Of a stretch of 21,383 bases of DNA, positions 8,520-16,644 are shown piece by piece. The position numbers and the translations under genes were made by a program. A model generated the notes under the pieces. It worked only from the letters and a program-made list of their open reading frames with translations. It had not been told where the DNA came from and searched no databases. Source of the stretch: a bacterium (GTDB lineage: Bacteria; Zhuqueibacterota; Zhuqueibacteria; Oceanimicrobiales; Oceanimicrobiaceae). The number at the start of each line of letters is the position of its first letter. The stretch's first letter is position 1. Where the stretch lies: the NCBI GenBank assembly GCA_037446635.1, contig JBBIIG010000064.1:1-21383 (forward strand), written 5' to 3'.

Positions 8520-11090
8520 TCATTTCACGAGGAGCATTTTCTTCGTCTGATGAAAATCACCCGCGGAAATCGAGTAGAAATAAACGCCGCTGGCAAAATT
8601 CGTGGCGTCAAAACTGACCGAATGTGACCCCGCGCGTTTGACCTCATCTACTAATACGGTCACTTCCCTGCCGAGAATGTCATACACCTTTATCACAACT
8701 TTGGCATCGACAGGCAAAGAATAACGGATAGTCGTGACCGGGTTGAACGGGTTGGGATAATTCTGTACCGAGAATCCAACAGGTTCTTGTTCTGCAGCTG
8801 AGTCTTTTGCCAGATCGGGTTGTTCCAATTCATCCTTTGCCGATTGGGCGGCCTTATGATCTGGCCAGTTCGATATCACCAAATTGAACATTTCTTTCGC
8901 CTTTTCCGGATCGTACAGAAAATATTTGTAGATGAGGCCCTTGCCGTACGTCAATTCGCAAACCATGGGATCAGTGGGGAATTCCTGAATGATCTGATCG
9001 AATAAATCAATGGCTTTCAGATAGTCTCCCTTTTTAATATGGAATGGGATTGAAGCACTCATCGCGAAAGGTTTCAATTGATTCAATTTGGCGTCGCTTG
9101 CTATCTCTTTCATGTAAGCCGCAAGCGGCTCAAACGTATCGAGAATGCGGTACGCCACAGCGATGCGGCCCAGCGAAGATATGGCATAGGGGCTGCTCGA
9201 ATAGTTAGTCACAACCTGTTTAAATAGCTCAATAGCGGTAGCGAATTCCACGGCATACTTTTGCGGGTCGATCACATCCCCTGTAAGGCGATCTTGCCGG
9301 AGATTGCTCTTAATGTTGTTGTAAATACTCATGGCTTCGCGGTATTCGCCCGGAGTGGGGTCGGCGCTGTTCACGGAATCATTGTTTTTAGCCACAGCCT
9401 TCTGGAGACCGCACCAATCCCAGAAAGTCCAATATACCTCGCCTTGAACTGAGCCCCCTTCCTCTGAGCTGCTGAACGAGCAGTCCCAGGCATCGGCGGT
9501 GCAACCCGGATCGGCGCTGATATCATAAACGTTTTGGCAGAAATAAATGCCTCGAATGAGAGCAGGAGAGCTCAAAGATAAATTGATAGCCCCGAATTTA
9601 TTTCTTACATCTCCATTCCAAACGTCCATATCCGAAAAGTCATGCGCAAAGATGACTTGGTTGCTGCTGACTGTGGAGGTGAGAAAATCGATATTAACTA
9701 ACGCGCTGGAAAAAATCTCGATGTAACAATCAGCACTGCCAGCTTTGACATCGTTGAGGTAGGCATGATCGGAGTTGAGCACCGATATTTTTTTATTGAC
9801 TTTAACCCCTTTAAGGCCGGCATAATTGTCATTATCAAAATTGACCTTGCCGTTGATGGTCGTCAGATTCGAGCCCGCGCCTTGGAGCAAGACGTTCGGT
9901 TTCATGTTGATATCGCCGCTGTAGGTGCCCGAGCTCAAGACTACCGTTTGGCCGCTAACGGCGGCGTTTAAAGCCGCTTGAATGGTCGGGTAAATTGCAT
10001 TTATGGTACTGCCAGTTTTAAGGATAGCCCCGTTTAGGGTTCCACCGGTTACTGAAATTGTGCCGTAGTTTGAAATGGTGTAACCATTCATATTTACTGC
10101 TGCACCGGCGCTTATCGTGAGTGTAACTCCAGAGAGAACGTTAACATTACCTTGAAGCGTGACCGGAGTAAACCAGATTTCATTGGAAGACATGTTGCCG
10201 CTTCTTGTATAACTGGTCGTTTTCAAATAGGCAACGAATTCTGCGCCTTCATCGCCTGTGGTGAGTGGATTAGTAGTGCAGGAGGCAAGGGTGGAAACGT
10301 TGGTAGATTGTTGACCTATTTTTTTTCTCCATTCACTTCTTTGGTACGGATACTCCTCATCATTGAAAAACCACGTCTTCCCGTTAACGTTCTGGTTGTC
10401 ATAAGCAGCCAGTTTGAGACGGTTCGTCACATTCGGCAAGAAGGAATACGGACTGCTTCGGGAAACAGGATTGCTGGGGTGAATGGCCACACCCACGTTT
10501 CCACCATTGCCTCCATATAAGTCATTGCGCACAGTCACATGGAGGGGTGGCGCGGGATAGGAATAATTGACATTCAGGGTAAGGGTCAACGTGCTGAATG
10601 ATCCATCCGTGGTTTCACTTTCCGATAAGGCACCGATTAGGAGTTGGTTACTCCCCAACCCGCTAGTAATCTCCGTCTTAATACTGTTTGAATAGAAACT
10701 ACCAGAACCGTAGGTCACGCCAGTATGGAGAGCAGAGCCATTCCCTATCGCTGTCCAAATCGCTTGAAGGGTGCCACTTGCGGAGGTCAATTTTGTGAGT
10801 TTAAAAGAATAATTTGACCCACTGGTTTGGTACACAACTTCAACCTGCAAGATCGTTGCGTTGTCCGGGATGGCGCCAAGATTAAAATCAAAATAGCTTC
10901 TGAAAATGTAAACAACACCTCCAATCGTCCTCTTACCGATGTCATAATTACCATATTGGTAATCAGAGCCATTGACCTGTACAATTCGTGTTGCCGCAGG
11001 CGTTAGGGTGATCCACTCATTGATGGTTTGTGAAGAAACAGTGCTCGCAAAGAGTGCAAGCAAAAGGCAAAGCAAGCGCATGGTTTTCAT
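8520..11090 (-). CDS. Secreted multidomain protein: DNRLRE-like N-domain, beta-helix region, TPR region, T9SS type-A C-terminal sorting domain
   Basis: Signal peptide; RSYFDFNLGAIPDNATI; YPTIQAALNAAVSGQTVVLSSGTY (beta-helix cap); KAIDLFDQIIQEFP (TPR); NYPNPFNP...VYDILGREV...SGVYFY...TKKMLLVK. Confidence 0.85.
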   Translation of the reverse strand: MKTMRLLCLLLALFASTVSSQTINEWITLTPAATRIVQVNGSDYQYGNYDIGKRTIGGVVYIFRSYFDFNLGAIPDNATILQVEVVYQTSGSNYSFKLTKLTSASGTLQAIWTAIGNGSALHTGVTYGSGSFYSNSIKTEITSGLGSNQLLIGALSESETTDGSFSTLTLTLNVNYSYPAPPLHVTVRNDLYGGNGGNVGVAIHPSNPVSRSSPYSFLPNVTNRLKLAAYDNQNVNGKTWFFNDEEYPYQRSEWRKKIGQQSTNVSTLASCTTNPLTTGDEGAEFVAYLKTTSYTRSGNMSSNEIWFTPVTLQGNVNVLSGVTLTISAGAAVNMNGYTISNYGTISVTGGTLNGAILKTGSTINAIYPTIQAALNAAVSGQTVVLSSGTYSGDINMKPNVLLQGAGSNLTTINGKVNFDNDNYAGLKGVKVNKKISVLNSDHAYLNDVKAGSADCYIEIFSSALVNIDFLTSTVSSNQVIFAHDFSDMDVWNGDVRNKFGAINLSLSSPALIRGIYFCQNVYDISADPGCTADAWDCSFSSSEEGGSVQGEVYWTFWDWCGLQKAVAKNNDSVNSADPTPGEYREAMSIYNNIKSNLRQDRLTGDVIDPQKYAVEFATAIELFKQVVTNYSSSPYAISSLGRIAVAYRILDTFEPLAAYMKEIASDAKLNQLKPFAMSASIPFHIKKGDYLKAIDLFDQIIQEFPTDPMVCELTYGKGLIYKYFLYDPEKAKEMFNLVISNWPDHKAAQSAKDELEQPDLAKDSAAEQEPVGFSVQNYPNPFNPVTTIRYSLPVDAKVVIKVYDILGREVTVLVDEVKRAGSHSVSFDATNFASGVYFYSISAGDFHQTKKMLLVK

Positions 11091-11097
11091 TTTTTTG

Positions 11098-11126
11098 TTT
11101 CCATTTTTTTTGAAAAATGTTATCTT
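11098..11126 (+). promoter_or_regulatory. Putative sigma70 promoter for an antisense small RNA
   Basis: TTTCCA (11098-11103), 17 bp, TATCTT (11121-11126) with extended-10 TG at 11118-11119. Confidence 0.5.
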
Positions 11127-11131
11127 AAAAC

Positions 11132-11238
11132 AGAACAGTCCGCAGCAGTCTAATAAACTGCATAACAGGGTGCCAACCTGAGCGTGCTGTTCTTTCTCTG
11201 GAGGAGGCGGCGGTTGCAGCGCTGTCTCCTCCCTTTTT
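11132..11238 (+). ncRNA. Candidate structured small RNA (three-way junction plus intrinsic terminator), antisense to the region upstream of the T9SS-cargo gene
   Basis: Closing stem AGAACAG-tc-CGC / GCG-tg-CTGTTCT enclosing hairpins GCAGT/ACTGC and CAGG/CCTG, followed by a 13-bp terminator stem and T-run. Confidence 0.5.
11200..11238 (+). terminator. Rho-independent terminator on the + strand
   Basis: GGAGGAGGCGGCG-gttgcag-CGCTGTCTCCTCC then CTTTTT. Two G.U pairs form only in the + strand transcript. Confidence 0.7.
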
Positions 11239-11273
11239 AATTATGAAATTTTTCCTTAGCCGTTTACCTCCCT

Positions 11274-12347
11274 TTATTCTTTCAATCTGCCGTGTAGAAT
11301 CATGTTACGTGAGTCCAATCCTCCTGAAGGGTTGTCTATGCAGAAAAAGACTTCTTTCTCGAAAATCATGGGAACATTTATTTGACCCATATAATCCAAT
11401 GGAAACTTGTAGATATACTTCGTATCCTCGCCGTTGTAATGAGCAATACCGTCTTTCATTCCGACAAAGAGGTCGACCTCGCTTCTTCCACTAATTTGAC
11501 TCTCAAATTGGGGATAATCAAAGGAAAACTGTTTTACCAGGCTTCCATCTAAATACCTGTAAACATCCTTACCAATTACAAAATAGACCCTTCCGGCAAC
11601 AAAACTAAGGCTGGCCCAATAAAAATCTGCACGTGTGCCGGAATAGACTTCTCTGAGCTCATTACCCTTTACTTCATAAAATGTCAGAGTTTCGTAACTC
11701 TCATAACCGAGTCCGAAAGACTGCACATATACTCTATCTCGTTCTTTTCTTATTCTCAAAAATTGAGAATTAAATGGCCCCACCCTCACAATTTCCTGCC
11801 ACCGCTTGCCGTCAAAGTGCAACACAAAGCCGCGAAAATCATCGGTCTTGCCGTCAAAAAAACTAATCACCCCGGAGGCATAGAGGTCATTGGGCTTGGT
11901 TCCCCATATATCCAAGACTTCAACGGCCCAAGATCTCTCAACATCATATACATAATTTTGACTCCACTTCGCCCCATCGTAATGCCATATTCCCGCTCCG
12001 TGTTCTAACCAACCTCCGCCGCCTCCCATCCAGACATCATTAGCGCTGAATCCAAAAAGCGTATTGCCAGTGCACCATATAATCTCTTTATTGTAGTGGG
12101 ACCACTTGACGCCGTCATAATGCAATAGTCTGTCACTCTCAGTTCCACCGGCGCCAACTGCCCAAACATCATTGGGCGAAGCACCCCACACCGAACCGAT
12201 ATAATTCATTGGCATATCTAAGGTGTCTAGCTCCCAAACATAGTCTCTTCTTCCGGGCAGAAGCTCCGGCTCTGTCGGGTTGTCCTTACAAAAACTGAGC
12301 AGCAACGAAAAGCCCAACAACAGTGTGAGTAGTAATTTTTGTATCAT
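11274..12347 (-). CDS. Lipoprotein, probable beta-propeller-like repeat protein of unknown function
   Basis: Lipobox-like LLSFC followed by KDNPTEP. Repeated (V/I)WGxxxNDxxxxG...LH(Y/F)DGxxW units. GGAG RBS upstream. Confidence 0.8.
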   Translation of the reverse strand: MIQKLLLTLLLGFSLLLSFCKDNPTEPELLPGRRDYVWELDTLDMPMNYIGSVWGASPNDVWAVGAGGTESDRLLHYDGVKWSHYNKEIIWCTGNTLFGFSANDVWMGGGGGWLEHGAGIWHYDGAKWSQNYVYDVERSWAVEVLDIWGTKPNDLYASGVISFFDGKTDDFRGFVLHFDGKRWQEIVRVGPFNSQFLRIRKERDRVYVQSFGLGYESYETLTFYEVKGNELREVYSGTRADFYWASLSFVAGRVYFVIGKDVYRYLDGSLVKQFSFDYPQFESQISGRSEVDLFVGMKDGIAHYNGEDTKYIYKFPLDYMGQINVPMIFEKEVFFCIDNPSGGLDSRNMILHGRLKE

Positions 12348-12595
12348 CGTAATCTCCGAACTCTTATTCTTTCAAGTTGAACGTAAATTAGAGAAAGCCG
12401 AATCTCTCCCGTTCTCAGGAAAAACGCACAGTAGAAATCAATGGTAGTCGCTTGATCAGAGGTGGGATTGCCACAATAGGAGAGCGAGTGGATTTGATTA
12501 GTCGGGGAGCCCTTGGAATTGTACGGCTGATGAAAGCAAAAAAGAGAAGCATAGACCATCCCACCAGACAGAACCAACGAGACTCCGTTTCTCAT
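12344..12595 (-). CDS. Possible small hypothetical ORF coupled to the lipoprotein gene
   Basis: GGAGG (12609-12605) about 9 nt before ATG 12595. The stop overlaps the lipoprotein start (ATGA). No recognisable motif. Confidence 0.25.
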   Translation of the reverse strand: MRNGVSLVLSGGMVYASLFCFHQPYNSKGSPTNQIHSLSYCGNPTSDQATTIDFYCAFFLRTGEIRLSLIYVQLERIRVRRLR

Positions 12596-12623
12596 TTCTG
12601 CCATACCTCCCATGAACGGCAAG

Positions 12624-12653
12624 AATATACAAAAAAATCTTGCCGCTTGTCAA
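12624..12653 (-). promoter_or_regulatory. Putative sigma70 promoter for the lipoprotein/T9SS-cargo genes
   Basis: TTGACA (12653-12648), 18 bp including a T7 run, TATATT (12629-12624). Confidence 0.6.
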
Positions 12654-12654
12654 A

Positions 12655-12688
12655 ACCAAATGCGAACTTTTCAGACCAAATGCGAACT
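12655..12688. promoter_or_regulatory. Tandem 14-bp direct repeat with 20-bp period, candidate AraC-family activator site
   Basis: ACCAAATGCGAACT at 12655-12668 and 12675-12688, directly upstream of the -35 box. Confidence 0.6.
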
Positions 12689-13040
12689 ACTTTTTGGGAG
12701 GAGATGGTCTGAGTGCGCTTTTGAGCAACTCTTCACGACTTTGCCGGATTAACAGCTTACGCGCTTCATCGGGACCACATCTCAGCGTTTTGCGGAAATC
12801 CCGCGCCAGGCTGCTTACTTCACTGTAATGCAATTTCATGGCGATGTCACTGTTATCAAAGTGGGTATGTTGCATCAAGTAAATGGCCTGGTTCACCCAA
12901 GCAAGACGCAAAAGAGACGGCAGCGGCCTCTCGAACGTTTGCCGACAAAGCTTCTCCAGCCAACGGCGACTGATGCCTAATTTCCGGGCCAGTTCCTCCA
13001 CTAGTTCCGCGGAATATAGAACGATTTTTGTCTTTGGCAT
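12687..13040 (-). CDS. AraC-family regulator consisting only of the DNA-binding domain
   Basis: VEELARKLGISRRWLEKL...IAMKLHYSEVSSLARDFRKTLRCGPDEAR double HTH. Start placed at ATG 13040 (GGGG upstream) rather than GTG 13064. Confidence 0.8.
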   Translation of the reverse strand: MPKTKIVLYSAELVEELARKLGISRRWLEKLCRQTFERPLPSLLRLAWVNQAIYLMQHTHFDNSDIAMKLHYSEVSSLARDFRKTLRCGPDEARKLLIRQSREELLKSALRPSPPKK

Positions 13041-13151
13041 GACGGAATTTCCCCATTTTGACACCCAAAATGATAGACAAATCTAACAGGCCAAAACCTG
13101 CCAAATTTAACTGAATAACGAACACGGAATGTCGAATTTCGAATCAACCCA

Positions 13152-13215
13152 TCAGCGTTGCGGTCAGCCATCAGCAGCGACTGTCGCGAGCTAATGACTG
13201 ACCGCTGAATGCTGA
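13152..13215. repeat. TCAGC/GCTGA heptamer-type imperfect hairpin just downstream of otsA
   Basis: TCAGCGTTGCGGTCAGCCATCAGC pairs with GCTAATGACTGACCGCTGAATGCTGA, with inner GCGA/TCGC stem. Confidence 0.7.
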
Positions 13216-13220
13216 CAACT

Positions 13221-14759
13221 TTACGCGCTGATGGCATCCGTTATCAGCGGCTCTTCTTTGGGAATATAATCCTGCAACAGCGGGAAATCGCTGAGGTCTT
13301 TTGCGAAGGCGGCTTTGAGGAAGGAATCGACCCACCAGAAAATGTTATATTTTCTCACAATCTGCCGCAGCCCCTGCATACGCGCAACCCTCTCATCGCG
13401 GCTCATGCTGAAGGCGCGGTAAATGGCGTCCGCAATTCCTTCAATATCGTGCGGATTCACCAGCAGCGCGTGTTTTTGAAACTGCGCCGCGGCGCCGGCG
13501 AACTCGCTGAGAATCAGCACCCCGTTCTCTTCGAGATTGCAGGCGCAGTACTCTTTGGCCACTAAATTCATTCCGTCTTTCAAAGGCGTGAGCAGCGCGA
13601 TATCGGAACTGCGGTAGTAGGCCAAGAGCTCGGTGCGTTCCAGACTTCGAAAAAAATAATGAATCGGCACCCAGCCCGAGCGGGTGAATTCGCCGTTGAT
13701 GGCGCCCACCAACTGTTCGATTTCTGTTTTCAGCGTCGCGTATTGCGGGATGCTTCTGCGGCTGGGGACGACAAACAGGGTGAAGGTGGTTTTGCGCTGC
13801 AGCTCGGGATAGCGCGCCAGCGCATTGCGATAGCCTTTCAGCCTTTCCAAAATCCCTTTGCTGTAGTCCAGGCGATCGATTCCCAAAATGGTTTTTTGAT
13901 CTGGAAAATGTTCGTGGATGTACCAGGCTTTTTCCGCGACTTTCTTGGTAGCGGCCATCCTGGCAAATTCGTTGAAATCGATGCTAATGGGAAACGCCCC
14001 CACCCGGATTTCCCGGTTGCGGTAGCGGATGGTCATCACCTGACCGCGGCCCACAATTCGGGTTTCGGGAATGAGCGTTTTCACGCTCTGGAAAAAGTTG
14101 CGGCGGTCGCGCAGGGTCTGAAAACCGATGACGTCGTATTCCAAGAGCGAGTGCAGGATTTGGAAACGCCAGGGCAGGCGCACAAAAATATCCAGCGGCG
14201 GAAACGGGATGTGGAGAAAAAACGCCAGCCGCTCGGTGACGCCCATTTCGCGCAGGTGAATGGCGACGTTCATCAATTGATAATCCTGCACCCAGATGAA
14301 GTTGCTTCTGGCGAGATTCTGTTTCACCACCTCGGCAAATTTGCGATTGACCTGCTGATAGGCGCTCCAATATTCCGGGTTGAAGTTGCAGTAAGCGGCG
14401 ATGTCATGAAAGAGCGGCCAGATGATCTCGTTCGAAAATCCTTCGTAATATTTTTCGCGTTCTTCCCGGGTCAGGTGAACGGCTTTGAGCCGGTATCCGA
14501 AGTTTTTGGTTTCGGCGTTCAATATTCGATCTAAATTTTGTTCTTCCTCCAACGCAATTCCCGGCCAGCCAATCCAGATGCCGCCGCGATTCTTCAGCAC
14601 CGGCGCCATCGCGGTGACGAGACCTCCGGAGCCGGACTTGATTTCCCACTTGCCTTCCGGACTTTTATCGAGAACAATCGGCAAGCGATTGGAGACGATG
14701 ATGAGATTCTGATCCGAACCGTGCGTTGACAAGTGAAAATTATCTGTGTAAGGATTCAA
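13221..14759 (-). CDS. otsA: Trehalose-6-phosphate synthase (GT20)
   Basis: VSNRLP, GGLVTA, WIGWPG, FFLHIPFP, IDRLDYSKG, DGMNLVAKEY and LSEFAGAA motifs. TTG start. Confidence 0.92.
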   Translation of the reverse strand: MNPYTDNFHLSTHGSDQNLIIVSNRLPIVLDKSPEGKWEIKSGSGGLVTAMAPVLKNRGGIWIGWPGIALEEEQNLDRILNAETKNFGYRLKAVHLTREEREKYYEGFSNEIIWPLFHDIAAYCNFNPEYWSAYQQVNRKFAEVVKQNLARSNFIWVQDYQLMNVAIHLREMGVTERLAFFLHIPFPPLDIFVRLPWRFQILHSLLEYDVIGFQTLRDRRNFFQSVKTLIPETRIVGRGQVMTIRYRNREIRVGAFPISIDFNEFARMAATKKVAEKAWYIHEHFPDQKTILGIDRLDYSKGILERLKGYRNALARYPELQRKTTFTLFVVPSRRSIPQYATLKTEIEQLVGAINGEFTRSGWVPIHYFFRSLERTELLAYYRSSDIALLTPLKDGMNLVAKEYCACNLEENGVLILSEFAGAAAQFQKHALLVNPHDIEGIADAIYRAFSMSRDERVARMQGLRQIVRKYNIFWWVDSFLKAAFAKDLSDFPLLQDYIPKEEPLITDAISA

Positions 14760-15846
14760 GATTCCGCTCTTTCTTGTTTACGAAAGTAGTCTGGCCGTTT
14801 TCATGGTTTAAGAAAAGGGTTCGAGTCGGATAAGCAAATTCAATTCCTTCCTCCGCAAAGCGTTGAAAGATTTTCAGATTGATGGCTTGTTGAATGTCCA
14901 TGTAAACGTTGAAGTCGGGATTTTTGACGTAGTAAACAACTTCAAAATTGAGCGAGGAGTCGCCGAACTCTTTGAAGTGGACGCGGTCCAAACGCGCGTT
15001 TTCCTGCTCCGCAATAATTTCTTTGATCATCTCCGGGATGGTTTCGAGCTTTTCATACGGAGTTTGATAAATAACCCCGATTCCAAACACCACCCGCCGC
15101 TCGTACATGCGCTTGTAGTTGCGAATGCGGCTGTTGAGCAAATCGCTGTTTGAAAAAATGAGCTGCTCGCCGGAGAGGCTTTGAATGCGCGTGGTCTTCA
15201 GCCCGATTTTTTGCACGGTGCCCATGTAGTTGTCCACGATGATGAAATCGCCAATGACAAACGGCTGATCCAGTGCAATGGACATCGACGCAAAGAGATC
15301 GCCGAGAATGTTTTGCACCGCCAGCGCCACCGCGATGCCGCTGATGCCAAGCCCGGCCACCAGCCCGGTGATATTCACGCCCATGTTGTCCAGCGCCAGC
15401 AGCAGAATGATAGTCCACAGCGCCAGTTTCGCCACAAACCCCAGCGCGCTGATGGTGGTCACGCTGGCGGCGTCCGTCTCTAATTTTTGTTTGCGGTAGC
15501 GCGCGATGAAAAACACAATCAGCGTATTGCCCCAGATGGCCGCCTGCCAGAGAAAGGCAATAACCAAAATAATGCGGATGATGTTATCGACCTTCGGCGG
15601 CAGCGTCACCGCCAGCGCGCCCATGTAAAGCGCGGCCGCGAATAACAAGAAAAATTTGACCTTGCGGATTAAATCAAAAAACAGATCGTCAATTGCCGTG
15701 TGGGTTTTCTTAATGATAACCTGCGAACGGTGAACAAAAATAGCTTTGATAACCCTCAGAACTGTATAACTCACCACCAGAATGGTTAAGGCGATGATCC
15801 ATTCTTTGAGGGTGTTATGATAAAAAGTAGTTTCTAATAAACTCAT
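14740..15846 (-). CDS. mscS: Small-conductance mechanosensitive channel
   Basis: GLVAGLGISGIAVALAVQNILGDLFAS, PFVIGDFI, GTVQKIGLKTTRI, FGDSSLNFEV and GIEFAYPT motifs. Confidence 0.93.
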   Translation of the reverse strand: MSLLETTFYHNTLKEWIIALTILVVSYTVLRVIKAIFVHRSQVIIKKTHTAIDDLFFDLIRKVKFFLLFAAALYMGALAVTLPPKVDNIIRIILVIAFLWQAAIWGNTLIVFFIARYRKQKLETDAASVTTISALGFVAKLALWTIILLLALDNMGVNITGLVAGLGISGIAVALAVQNILGDLFASMSIALDQPFVIGDFIIVDNYMGTVQKIGLKTTRIQSLSGEQLIFSNSDLLNSRIRNYKRMYERRVVFGIGVIYQTPYEKLETIPEMIKEIIAEQENARLDRVHFKEFGDSSLNFEVVYYVKNPDFNVYMDIQQAINLKIFQRFAEEGIEFAYPTRTLFLNHENGQTTFVNKKERNLESLHR

Positions 15847-16637
15847 CTCATCTCTCCACAGATTTTATGCCATTGAGTTAGAAATTGCAGAAGCTCGTCT
15901 GGCGGCTGCAGCCACAGGTCGGCGGCGGTGGGCCGCAGCTCTTTTCGAACTAAAATTCCGGCTCCCTTATTTTTGATCGCCTGAAAGGCATTCTCATCCG
16001 TGAGATCGTCGCCGAGGTAAGCCGCCGCGACCTCGCCGTTCATTTCCGAGAGTACGGTTTGGACGGCGCGGCCTTTGTTCACTCCCGGCACCCGCAGCTC
16101 CATCCCGCCGTCAAAATCTGTCAGCACGAGGTTGGCCGGCTGCGCGATCTCCGACCAGCGGCTGGAGACGGCTTCTTTGATGTTTTTTATTTTCGAATCC
16201 GGCAGTCCGCGCCAGTGCAGCGCCAGCGCCCCGGGTTTGGACTCCGATTGCGAGGCCAGCCCCAATTCGTCCACTTGCTGCCGCGCTTGCTCCAGCGCGG
16301 CAGCGGTCGCGTCATCGAGTTGGGCAGTTTCGTAGGCGCCGTTAGCCCGCAGCCGTTCCATGCCGTGGGAGCCCCAGATTTCCGGCAGCGGCTGCAAGTC
16401 CAGCAGAGAAATTAAATCTTTGGAATAGCGCCCGCTGATGATCACCACCCGGCTGTGCCGGGATTTCAAAATGTCAGATAAGATTTCCCGCACACCCGCG
16501 TACGGGAAAGCCTGATCGCGTTCGACGCGAAACGGGGCGAGGGTGCCGTCGTAGTCTAAAAACAGCACACATTGACTGGAGTGTTGAACTTGCTTGAGAA
16601 AACGGTCGAGGTCAAAATTAGGGTTGAGTGCTTTCAC
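15843..16637 (-). CDS. otsB: Trehalose-6-phosphate phosphatase (HAD family)
   Basis: LFLDYDGTL, ISGR, GSHG, NKG and YLGDDLTDENAF motifs. GTG start. Confidence 0.92.
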   Translation of the reverse strand: MKALNPNFDLDRFLKQVQHSSQCVLFLDYDGTLAPFRVERDQAFPYAGVREILSDILKSRHSRVVIISGRYSKDLISLLDLQPLPEIWGSHGMERLRANGAYETAQLDDATAAALEQARQQVDELGLASQSESKPGALALHWRGLPDSKIKNIKEAVSSRWSEIAQPANLVLTDFDGGMELRVPGVNKGRAVQTVLSEMNGEVAAAYLGDDLTDENAFQAIKNKGAGILVRKELRPTAADLWLQPPDELLQFLTQWHKICGEMR

Positions 16638-16644
16638 AACAAAT

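Noticed and set aside
11125..11163. 12-aa minus-strand micro-ORF MQFIRLLRTVLF under the candidate sRNA (possible type I toxin or leader peptide)
   Set aside because: Very short with no properly spaced RBS, so it cannot be supported, though ribosome profiling could revisit it.
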